Translations under genes and position numbers: made by a program | Origin: the human T2T-CHM13v2.0 reference genome, Homo sapiens | Length of the DNA stretch: 64,000 nt | Direction: 5' to 3' (one strand) | Assembly (NCBI RefSeq): GCF_009914755.1 | Contig: NC_060925.1 | Shown here: in pieces, positions 53,962 to 64,000 of the stretch | How positions within the stretch are numbered: the first letter of the stretch is position 1 | Layout of the letters: every line of letters starts with the position of its first letter | The notes under the pieces: model-generated | Told to the model about the DNA's origin: nothing | Database searches by the model: none | What the model saw: the letters and a program-made list of their open reading frames with translations, nothing else

Positions 53962-55680
53962 TGGCCATAAGCCACATGCACAGCTGGGTCATGGGTGCTC
54001 CCTCTCCATCCTGAGCTGAGCGAGTGGATGGCTGCACAGCAGGTGCTCAGCCAGTGCTGCAGAGCAGTGCTTGAAGACAGCACCAGGCAGGTAGTGCTGT
54101 GGAGTAGCCCTTAAAGGCAGCACAGGGCAGGGCAGAAGTAATAAATGAGCATTATGTGAGCCACATAGAGTCAAGATGGACAGCTCTTTATGTTTTGCCT
54201 TCATAATATTGTCATTAATCATTAGCATTTAAAAATAGGGAGATTTTATTTAAGATTCCAGAAATTCAGCTTTCCTTCTAAAATCAAAAAATCTAGCATA
54301 GTTGAACGTACCTTCCATCATCCTTGCCAGCAGCTGCCCACCTTTAATAGGGCATTGCTATAGTTTGGGTGTTTATGCCTTCCAGACCTCATGTTGATAT
54401 TTGATCCCCAGTGTGAAGATTTTGTCCCACTGTGTAGGAGAAAATATTTTCTAATTCCTTCTCTTCTCCTGCTGTTATCTCCCCTCTTCTTCCTCCTCCT
54501 CCTCCTTTCCATTTTAGAAGTAGATAATGAATCTGAGGCTCATGGAGACTAAGTAGCTTTCATACCATTAGTAAGTTACTAGAGCTCAGATTCAACCCAA
54601 AATATGTCTAAATCCAAATAAAGTCTCCGCTCATAAGCTTGGTCAGAATCTTTTAAGATTCTGTTGAAAGGGGTTGAAGGGTGATATAAACAAGTGAAAT
54701 AATCCAGGTAGAAGGATTATTTCACTTTTAATTTTACCAAAGGAAAATAAAAGCACAAGTAAAATAACATAAGGAAACTTACACTGAATTACATTGTAGA
54801 TATAGAAAAGAATAACGGAAAATTATAGAACGGCAAAATATTTACCTGTCGTAGTCCAAATGTGTCACTATAAAGGAGTATGTGAGGCCGGATAATTTAG
54901 AAAAGAAAAAAAAAAGAGGCTTATTGGGCTCACATTTCTGTAGGCTGAACAAGAAGCATGGCATCAGCATCGGCTTCTAGTGAGGGACTCAGGCCACCTC
55001 CACTCATGGTAGAAAGTGAAGGGGAGCAGGCTGTGCAGACATCACATGAAGAGAGAAGAAGCACGAGAGGGGTGAGGGAGGTGCCAGGCTCTTTTTAACA
55101 ACCAGCTCTTGCAGGAACAAATAGAGAGAGACCTTAACCTCCACCCCTACCAGAGAGGGCATTAATCTATTCATGAGGTATCCTCCCCCATAACCCAAAC
55201 TTCTGTTATTAGGCTCCATCTCCAACACTGGGGGTCAAATTTCAGCATGAGGTTTGGAAGGGATAAACACGCAAACTATAGCAATGCCCTATCTAAGGTG
55301 GGCAGCTGCTAATCAGGATAATGGAAGGTATGTTCAACTATGCTAGATCTTTTTATTTCAGAAGAAAATCTGAATTTCTGGAATCTTTAATAAAATCTGC
55401 CTATTTTTAAATACTAACAATTAATGACAGTATTATGAGGGAAAACATAAAGAGCTGTCCATTTTGACTCTATGTGGCTCACAGAGTACCAGATTATTAT
55501 TTCTGCCCTGCACTGTGCTGCCTTTAAGGGCTACTCCACAGCACTACCTGCCTGGTGCTGCCTTCAAATACTGCTCTGCAGCATTGACTGAGCACCTGTT
55601 GTGCAGGCATCCACTTGCTCAGCTCAGGATGGGGAGGCAGCAGGCACCCATGACTCAGCAGTGCCTGTGGCTTATGGCCA
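53962..55680. repeat. Inverted duplication: ~450-bp arms (53962-54414 and 55225-55680), ~810-bp spacer
   Basis: Arms are reverse complements from 'tggccataagccaca' to 'ccccagtgt'. The ORF track shows the same peptide (VLPLRATPQHYLPGA) on opposite strands at 53989-54228(-) and 55464-55730(+). Confidence 0.95.
54847..55283 (-). mobile_element. MaLR solo LTR, MSTB-like
   Basis: 'tgtcgtagtcc...ctataaaggagta...aagaagcatggcatcagcatc...aatctattcatgagg...caaactatagca'. Confidence 0.85.
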
Positions 55681-55731
55681 GCATTTACCCTGAGTGGATT
55701 TGGGATAGTTTAAACATCATTCTTGGATGAA

Positions 55732-55989
55732 TTTTTTTTATTACACTTTAAGTTTTAGGGTACATATGCACAACGTGCAGGTTTGTTACATATGTATACA
55801 CGTGCCATGTTGGTGTGCTGCACCCATTAACTCGTCATTTAGCATTAAGTATATCTCCTAATGCTATCCCTCCCCCCTCCCCCCACCCCACAACCGTCCC
55901 CAGTGTGTGATGTTCCCCTTCCTGTGTCCGTGTGTTCTCATTGTTCAATTCCCACCTATGAGTGAGAACACGCGGTGTTTGGTTTTTTG
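55732..55989 (-). mobile_element. 5'-truncated young L1PA (L1PA2-4-like) 3' end
   Basis: 'ttattacactttaagttttagggtaca...tgctatccctcccccctccccccaccccacaac...cccacctatgagtgagaac'. Confidence 0.93.
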
Positions 55990-56542
55990 CCTTAATCCTC
56001 ACAACAATCAGGAAGGAAGATTTAATTATCTCTCTTTTGCAGAAGAGTAATTTGATACTCAGATTGTTTATAAAGGTTGCATAGCTATAAGTACACGGCC
56101 TGGGATGTTAGACTCACCTTTGGCCCCATGGGCTCATCCTTCTATAGAGTTGCCTCTATCTTTGAAGTAACTTAAATTACTTCAGGTTAGAAAACACTTC
56201 CTCTTTTATGTCACTCTGGTAAGAATCTGAAGCAAAGTGGAAGTTGGCAGATACAATCATCTTTTAGGAGAGAAGATACCTTTGCCACTCCTCATCTCCC
56301 GACCATCAGGTCTTCTAGGGATGGAGGAGAAACTGTTAGGGCAATGAAGGAGGAAGAAAATAAGAATCTGCTATTCATAGTCCTGAGGCTTCAACACTAA
56401 GACAAGCCACTCCCACACTCTGTAGGTGACGGCAAGGGCAGGCACACAGGGAGGGAACCAGCTGCTGGAATGCCAGCCCGGTTGATGCACCAGGCGGATG
56501 CCAACCAGCTGTCTCATGGCCCAAGCCAGACCCAGAACCCTT

Positions 56543-56550
56543 TATATAAA
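56543..56550 (+). promoter_or_regulatory. KPRP: TATA box of KPRP
   Basis: TATATAAAG 62 nt upstream of a strong donor site. Confidence 0.88.
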
Positions 56551-56573
56551 GACAGCCCTCTTCCCAGATGCCT

Positions 56574-56604
56574 CAGCCTGAAGGACTGCTTGCCTGTGAG
56601 GAGG
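56574..56604 (+). other. KPRP: Non-coding exon 1 of KPRP (start approximate); intron 56605-58105
   Basis: Donor AGG|GTGAGT at 56605 and acceptor 'tctctttgccctcag|' ending 58105, 28 nt before the ATG. Confidence 0.82.
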
Positions 56605-57448
56605 GTGAGTCTAGGAACTGGATCCTGGGATCGGGGTGGATGTGATGTTCAGGGGAGAGCCCAGGTTCACAGTCGTGAGGCACAAAGAAGGGAGAAGCTA
56701 GGCACCAGGGAGGGCGAGGGGTGCGTTAACCTGAGGAGAAAAGTCTGGTGAGCTTTTAGGAGACAGAAGCATAGCTACAGAGTTTACGAGATGAGCTAGG
56801 GCTGTGAAGCTAGTGTATTTGCCTTTGATAACCCTGACCTTATCCTCAGGTACTATTTTCCCTCATGATCTTTCTGGAAAAGCCACATTAGCAATTTACA
56901 CCTTATGAGCAAAGTTGTGTGTGGAAGGGTTACCTTCCCCAGGGAAATAGATATGTAGGTATTCTCTACAAATTGAAAATAGAAGGTTTGAACCCTCATC
57001 AGGAGCATTTGGGGAGCTTATTGAAAGACGGTTTGTTGGATGAGCCTGTTGTCAAATGATCTTGTTTTGCTGGTCAGTGGGCTGCCTGCACATAAACACG
57101 TGCATCTGACACAAGCAGACGAGTGAGGCTGCCCTGTGCTCTCCCCAGCTAAGCATGGTGTCAGGGTGTATGCCTGCAGCCCTCACGTTATGTTTGCAAT
57201 GCCCCAGCTGCGTAGATCTTTAAGTATGGCAGAATGTCCGTCTTCTGATTAAGAACCTTGGACTTTCTGGCTTACTCCATCTTAGGTAACTCCACCTTGC
57301 CTCTAAGAAGAGCTGGGGAAAAACATTTCTGAGGCCTGCAGACTGTCACACTTCAGGTGATTAGCAACAGCAACCTGACTGGGCAAGTTGCCATGGTGGT
57401 CAGAGTCTTTCCAAGGCTGGTGTGTTTTGCATGGGCACACTTTGCACG

Positions 57449-57550
57449 TGTCATGTTTAAATGAATTTATTTCAAAACATTGTGTCATGTTTAAATGAAT
57501 TTATTTCAAAACATTGTATCATGTTTAAATGAATTTATCTAAAAACATTG
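57449..57550. repeat. 3 x 34-bp tandem repeat in the KPRP intron
   Basis: Unit tgtcatgtttaaatgaatttatttcaaaacattg at 57449 and 57483 (identical) and 57517 (3 differences). Confidence 0.95.
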
Positions 57551-58133
57551 AATATAGAGAAACAAACATTTAATGTTGGGTTTGAGCTGCCCGCTTTCCA
57601 GTGAATGCTTTGACATTTTGTGAATGCAGATGGTGCTGAGTGCTTATTCTCATATGTACGTTCTTACATGTTTGCACATTTATGTGTACTGCCAGTGCAC
57701 ATGTGTGAGTAAATCCAAGCTCCTGTGGGAATGGAGTTTCCACTTTGGGCTATAGCCTTAGGAGCAAGTTGTTATCTCTACTTCCTGTAGGGCTGCTCAG
57801 ACCACATTGGATGTGAGAAAGTGTGGAGACGAAAGGAGAATCCTTTTGTCATCAGTGCCCTCTTTTCTGGGCATTGGTAGGTCCACCCCCAGGGAGATCC
57901 TGGACATCTGCAACCCTGGATGTGCCCTTTGACAGACCCAGGGCAGGTCTAACAGATTAATCCTGGGTCGAACTAAGTCAGGACACTTGGATGAAAGTTG
58001 AGGGTGGAGGAAGAAAAGCTAGGGAAGATGCAGGGTGTCTTCCTCTAGGTCCTGGCACCCCCTCTCCAACTCTCACCCTCCTGACCCTGGTCTCTTTGCC
58101 CTCAGGTCACTCTTGACTGGCTGCATCAGGACC

Positions 58134-59873
58134 ATGTGTGACCAGCAGCAGATCCAGTGCCGCCTGCCGCTCCAACAGTGCTGCGTCAAGGGTCCCTCCT
58201 TCTGCTCCTCTCAATCCCCCTTTGCCCAGAGCCAAGTGGTGGTTCAAGCCCCTTGTGAGATGCAAATTGTGGACTGCCCTGCATCATGCCCAGTTCAAGT
58301 TTGCCAGGTGTCAGACCAGGCTCCATGCCAGTCTCAGACCACACAGGTGAAGTGCCAGTCTAAGACCAAGCAGGTGAAGGGCCAGGCTCAATGTCAGTCT
58401 AAGACCACCCAGGTGAAGGGCCAGGCTGCATCCCAATCTCAAACTTCCTCTGTTCAAAGCCAGGCTCCATGCCAATCTGAGGTGTCCTACGTGCAGTGCG
58501 AAGCCTCACAACCTGTTCAGACTTGCTTCGTAGAATGTGCTCCAGTTTGTTATACAGAAACTTGTTATGTAGAATGCCCAGTCCAGAACTATGTACCCTG
58601 TCCAGCTCCTCAGCCTGTCCAGATGTATAGAGGGCGTCCTGCAGTGTGCCAGCCTCAGGGAAGATTCTCCACCCAGTGCCAGTATCAAGGCTCCTATAGC
58701 AGTTGTGGCCCCCAGTTTCAGTCAAGGGCTACCTGCAACAACTACACCCCCCAGTTCCAGTTGAGGCCTTCCTACAGCAGCTGTTTCCCTCAGTATCGGT
58801 CCCGGACTTCATTTAGTCCCTGTGTGCCCCAGTGCCAGACCCAGGGCTCCTATGGGAGCTTCACTGAACAGCACCGCTCTCGGAGCACCAGCAGATGCCT
58901 TCCTCCTCCTCGGCGGCTGCAGCTTTTCCCCCGCAGCTGTTCCCCACCAAGACGTTTTGAGCCCTGCTCCAGCAGCTACCTGCCACTAAGACCCTCTGAA
59001 GGTTTCCCTAACTACTGCACCCCACCCCGCCGCTCTGAACCCATATATAACAGTCGCTGTCCTCGCCGCCCCATTTCAAGCTGCTCTCAGAGACGTGGCC
59101 CCAAGTGCCGAATCGAGATTTCCTCCCCGTGCTGCCCCAGGCAGGTTCCCCCACAGAGGTGTCCTGTTGAGATTCCTCCCATCAGACGCCGCTCCCAGAG
59201 CTGTGGCCCGCAGCCCTCCTGGGGCGCCTCCTGCCCTGAGCTGAGGCCACACGTAGAGCCACGTCCACTCCCAAGCTTCTGTCCACCACGGCGTCTTGAC
59301 CAGTGTCCAGAGTCACCACTGCAGCGATGTCCACCTCCTGCTCCACGTCCACGTCTGCGCCCAGAACCAAGCATAAGTCTAGAACCACGCCCGCGTCCTC
59401 TACCACGACAACTTTCAGAACCTTGTTTGTATCCAGAACCACTTCCAGCACTACGTCCAACACCGCGGCCAGTTCCCCTTCCTCGCCCAGGGCAGTGTGA
59501 GATTCCAGAGCCACGTCCATGCCTGCAGCCCTGTGAGCACCCAGAGCCTTGTCCACGACCAGAGCCAATTCCCCTGCCGGCGCCCTGCCCAAGCCCGGAG
59601 CCCTGCAGGGAGACTTGGCGCAGCCCCAGCCCATGCTGGGGCCCAAATCCAGTTCCATACCCAGGAGACCTAGGCTGTCATGAGTCTAGTCCACACCGCC
59701 TAGACACCGAAGCTCCCTACTGTGGCCCATCCAGTTACAACCAGGGGCAAGAGAGTGGTGCTGGCTGTGGGCCTGGTGATGTGTTTCCAGAGCGGAGGGG
59801 TCAGGATGGCCATGGAGACCAAGGCAATGCCTTTGCTGGAGTGAAAGGGGAAGCAAAGAGTGCTTATTTTTAA
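58134..59873 (+). CDS. KPRP: Keratinocyte proline-rich protein (579 aa)
   Basis: MCDQQQIQCRLPLQQCCVKGPSFC... with a Gln/Cys-rich N-terminus and Pro/Arg-rich C-terminal half, ending GVKGEAKSAYF*. Kozak ACCATGT. 1740 nt; matches KPRP as recalled. Confidence 0.97.
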   Translation: MCDQQQIQCRLPLQQCCVKGPSFCSSQSPFAQSQVVVQAPCEMQIVDCPASCPVQVCQVSDQAPCQSQTTQVKCQSKTKQVKGQAQCQSKTTQVKGQAASQSQTSSVQSQAPCQSEVSYVQCEASQPVQTCFVECAPVCYTETCYVECPVQNYVPCPAPQPVQMYRGRPAVCQPQGRFSTQCQYQGSYSSCGPQFQSRATCNNYTPQFQLRPSYSSCFPQYRSRTSFSPCVPQCQTQGSYGSFTEQHRSRSTSRCLPPPRRLQLFPRSCSPPRRFEPCSSSYLPLRPSEGFPNYCTPPRRSEPIYNSRCPRRPISSCSQRRGPKCRIEISSPCCPRQVPPQRCPVEIPPIRRRSQSCGPQPSWGASCPELRPHVEPRPLPSFCPPRRLDQCPESPLQRCPPPAPRPRLRPEPSISLEPRPRPLPRQLSEPCLYPEPLPALRPTPRPVPLPRPGQCEIPEPRPCLQPCEHPEPCPRPEPIPLPAPCPSPEPCRETWRSPSPCWGPNPVPYPGDLGCHESSPHRLDTEAPYCGPSSYNQGQESGAGCGPGDVFPERRGQDGHGDQGNAFAGVKGEAKSAYF

Positions 59874-60575
59874 AGGAAAGGTGACTGAGATAACCCTCTC
59901 TCCTGCTCTGAAAATGTTGTTCCTCCTATTCCACAATTTCCAGTACGCTCTTGTTTGAATCTCTCCAAAGATATTCAGAGACTCCCTATTACGAAGGTGA
60001 TGTCCAAACTCCTTTGCCTATCATCCAAAGATCCACACCTGGGTCTCAGATGCCTCTCCAGCCTCACGTGTCACTCCTCGCCCGTACGCATCCTCGGCTC
60101 TAGCCAGACCAGTCTGGCCACTGGGCACAGCTTGGGTGTTCCCCAGGCCATACTTTAGATGTCCCTGCCTCCAAGCCTCTGCTCACTCTTCCCCACTCTG
60201 CCTGGACCACTTCTCTCCTCCTCCCCAGCTTCTGAAATCCACCCCATCTTTCAGTACCTCTCCCTTGGAGCCTTCTTTGCTTGTTCCCACTCACAAGAAC
60301 CTGTGCCGACTTCCTAGAACTCACTGCATCCCCCGCACTACTTGGTAACTGCCTGGTGACATCTCTTGAATTGTTATTTCACTTTGCAGGCATGTCTTCC
60401 TTATCTGCCCAACTAGGTTGTAAACTCCCAACTGAGTGGAGTCGGAGAATCTCTAAATCTCAGTGTCTATCCTGGGGCTGGCTGTTGCTTAGCAAGGCTT
60501 GTGGGTTGGCAGCTTGAACCATGTTCTGTCCTGATGCTCAACTGCAGGAACTGAGGTGAGAGGAGGCCATGTGAC

Positions 60576-60581
60576 AATAAA
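60576..60581 (+). terminator. KPRP: Polyadenylation signal AATAAA of KPRP
   Basis: First AATAAA after the stop (~700-nt 3' UTR), with T-rich sequence downstream. Confidence 0.8.
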
Positions 60582-60649
60582 GATCATTATGTACTCACTG
60601 CCTGAGTCCTGAGTCATTCCTGCTTTTATTCCTTGATTTGCTGAGATGA

Positions 60650-61410
60650 GGTTTTTATTGTTGCTATTTTAATTGTGATAGTAAAACACATGTAACATAA
60701 AATTTACCATCTTCACCATATTTAAGCATTCAGTTCAATGGCATTAAGTACATTCACATTGTTGTGCTACCAGCACCACCATCTGTCCACAGAACTCATC
60801 TCGCTGAATTAAATCTTCATCCATTAAATAATAACTCCTCATTCCTTGCTCCTTCTAGCCCCTAACAACCACCATTTCTGTCTCTATCAACTTGACCATT
60901 CTAGGCAGCTCATATAAGTAGAAAAAGACATTATTTGTCCTTTTATGACTGGCTTACTCCACTTAGCATAATGTTCTCAAGGTTTATCCAAGTTGTAGCA
61001 TGTGCCATAATCTCTTTCCTCTTCAAGGCTGACTGATATTCCATGGAATGTACATACTACATTTTGTTTATTTATTCATCAGTGGATGGATGGGCACTTA
61101 GGTTGCTTTCACCTTTTTTCTTGTAGTAAATAGTGTTGCAATGAACATGGGTATACAAATATTTCTGTGAATCCCTGATTTCAATTCTTATGGATAGATA
61201 CCTGGAAGTGGGATCACTGGATCGTAGGTAATTTTACTTTTAGTTTTTTGAGGAACCGCTATACTATCTTTCATAGTGACTACATAATTTTACATTCCCA
61301 CCAACAGGGTACAAGTCCTAATTTCTCCACATCCTTGTCAACATGTGTTATTTTCTGTTCATTGTCTTGTTTTTGTAATAGCCATCTTGATGGATATGAC
61401 ATAGTATGAA
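60650..61410 (-). mobile_element. L1M (MA/MB-like) 3' end
   Basis: 'acataaaatttaccatc...cagttcaatggcattaagtacattcacattgttgtgc', 'ttacattcccaccaacag'. Confidence 0.85.
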
Positions 61411-61751
61411 TTTTCATTTTAATTTATTACCTTTCTTCTTTAGTTTATTGTACCCATGGTGTGAGCTTTTTAAGCCTAGACCAAGTGGGTTGTCTTGTGA
61501 GTTTCCAATCTTCCCTCAGTGTCCTTGGCCCCAGATGGAAAGGATGAAGAAAAAGACAAGGGGATGAGGGAACAGGGAGAATAACTCTGCCCCCTGGTCT
61601 AGGAGTAAAGGACTTCAGGCCTGGCTTTGGTTAACTGGGTTTTGCCCAGCTCTAGGGCCACAGTCACAGCCCTGTTGCCTCTGGAACCAGAGGAAGGGAA
61701 GAATGAAGCACCTGGAGGCTCTCTGGGGATACTCCTCTTCTTCCAGAACTA

Positions 61752-62056
<305 letters not shown>

Positions 62057-62682
62057 CTAAATTATTTACTTTTCTTTCTGTTTTCTTTTATGGAACCATT
62101 TGAGTCTGACTCTGCATTCCTCAACTGGTCCCAGATTCCATTAGGCATGGGTGGTCTTGGCAGCATGAAGGTAAGGGCTGGAGGGGAAGAAGAGACAGAA
62201 GTGACTCTCCTCTCAGTCCTTGCAGGTGAGATGAACGCTGGGTGGGGATGTGGCTCTGGAGGATGAGGGTGCTGGAGGACAGGACCTCCCTCAGGGAGAG
62301 AGAATGAAAAAGCTCCACTTAGGAGGACAGCGGAGGGCAGCTCTGGCCCGGGCCTCTGAACGTCTGATCCATTGTCCTGCTCCTCACAGTCCATGCCCCA
62401 GAGGACCTCACAGCTACAGAGCCATAGTTGGGAAACAGATCCAGGGCCTGGCTCTGAGTATGTGTCTCCCTTGCCCAAGGGATCTAGTTCTGCCAGGCTG
62501 ATGGTGGAGACTTCAGAAACCAACTAGTAGAACCCTGTGTCATATAAAGGAAAACTGAGGCCCTTCATGTGAAATCCATTCATTCATTTATTTGTTGGGC
62601 AATACTTATTGCTCGTCTGCTAGGATGGTCCTGGTTAGAGAGACAGACATAACCTTGTTTACTGTCAGTGCATAACCTAGTA

Positions 62683-62872
62683 TACTGGTCCTCAAAATAT
62701 GGTACCTGAACCAGCAGCATCGGCAACACCTAGGAACTTGTTAGCAATGCAAATGAAATGCATCACCCCAGACCTAATGAAGTAAAGACTCTGAGAGCAA
62801 GGCCCAGCAAGCTGTGTTTTAACCAGCTCTCCTAGTGCTGCTGATGCCCAGGAACATTTGGTCATCACTGGT
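62683..62872 (+). mobile_element. MER5A-like hAT DNA transposon
   Basis: 'tggtcctcaaaatatggtacctgaaccagcagcatcggcaacacctaggaacttgttagcaatgcaaat...gtgttttaacc'. Confidence 0.75.
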
Positions 62873-64000
62873 TTGGTGAAATGCCATATGCAGATAGAAT
62901 ATTAATATACATATATAGTATATGTATATCTGTGTGCGTGTATACAGACACATATCTACATAACTATCCATCCTCTAATTCCCATAATATTCGGTCAGGC
63001 AGGCATTATAATTTTGCCCTTTTGCAGAATTAAAAACCTAAGCACTCAGGGTTTAAGCTCTTGCCCAAGCCATAGGGCCACTCGTGACTCCCAGTCTGCA
63101 CTCTTTTCTACCACACATGGAACCTTTGATCTTAGTCACAGTCCCTGCCTCTTCCAAAGATCTTTCCTGTTTTAACCCAATTATTTTCCTAACACAATCT
63201 TGGAGTTCTCTCAATCACTGAATGGGTTATTTCAGTTCCACATCTGCCTCCTCTCTTAAAATCCAAGCTACTCTAGAGTTGAATTTGCTGTGTGGCACAT
63301 CCCCCAGGGGCTTGGCAGGGCCTGAATTTGGCCCCATAGAGCATCTCTAGGTTTCCATCACCCAGGCCTCTGGGTGGGAGTGAGGAGGGCAGGGTAGGGA
63401 GAGGCTTGGAAGCTCTAGTTTGGGAAGGGATTCTTGTTACATCTCTCCCATAGCCTCGAAAACACACTGCTAGACAAGGAACCCCTTGCCTGGGGATGCT
63501 TGGGGGCAGACCATTCACTCCCTCAAAATATTGAAGAAACATATAACTGGCTGTGAGAAAGTGGCATTCACTTCTAAGAAGTCCTGACCTCCCCCAGGTC
63601 TGGGCAGCAGGTCCCCATCGAGGATCTTTATTGAATGAGTGATGCTCTGTAGTCTGCACCATCCCCTGGGGATAGATTCTGGTTCCCAGAATGATGGTAG
63701 AATGGAGGGGTCTTTGGTTGGGCAAGCCTGGAGCTGAGCCAAGAAACCCCCAATGGCTTGGTGTTCTCCACCGCCCAGGGCTATGCAGGAGCCAGCCCCC
63801 AGACCATTTCTACAGCCAGAGACAAACACCTCAGAGGAAAAAGGCACACAGGGGTGTGTGTCTGTTTTTCATGTTTCTTTTTGTGTGTCTGTCTGTGTGT
63901 CTAACTGTCTGCTTTGAAAGCTTGGAGCTTTTAAAATGCATTTGGCAGCAGGGGCTGTGACCTCAGAAGTATGCTTTAGGTTATCCTAAGTCCTTCAGCA

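Noticed and set aside
53989-55730. Two similar ORFs on opposite strands as a duplicated small gene
   Set aside because: They are a by-product of the inverted DNA duplication. Starts and stops differ and there are no supporting gene signals.
57449-57550. CRISPR-like array
   Set aside because: The repeats are head-to-tail without spacers, in a eukaryotic intron.
58035-58133. 33-aa N-terminal extension of KPRP in the ORF track (likewise 6 aa for KPLCE from 18046)
   Set aside because: Both start at non-ATG codons. The KPRP extension crosses the splice acceptor at 58105.
62062-63960. 150-aa-class ORFs at the right end, and 40620-41084
   Set aside because: No recognisable protein family or EDC motif and no TATA/splice/poly(A) architecture. 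The lengths are compatible with chance.

Overview
This is human (or very close primate) genomic DNA from the epidermal differentiation complex (EDC, 1q21.3), recognised from the encoded proteins. It holds five + strand gene units of the simple EDC type: TATA or TATA-like box, short non-coding exon 1, one intron, and a single coding exon. They are LCE4A (CDS 7620-7919, 99 aa), KPLCE/C1orf68/XP32 (18064-18816, 250 aa), two LCE pseudogenes (36060-36434 and 42841-43148, probably LCEP2 and LCEP1) and KPRP (58134-59873, 579 aa). The rest is mostly interspersed repeats (L1, Alu, MaLR/ERVL LTRs, L2, MIR, hAT) and microsatellites. I found no evidence of a wholly new gene system. The most notable unexplained structures are these. 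(1) The LCE pseudogene at 36 kb keeps all its expression signals and has no frameshift, only two in-frame TGA codons, so it could make an 86-aa product. (2) A ~450-bp inverted duplication lies upstream of KPRP. (3) A near-perfect 43-bp inverted repeat with a templated patchwork spacer lies upstream of KPLCE. (4) CpG-type decay increases across the three LCE units. Repeat subfamily names and boundaries were judged by eye and are approximate.
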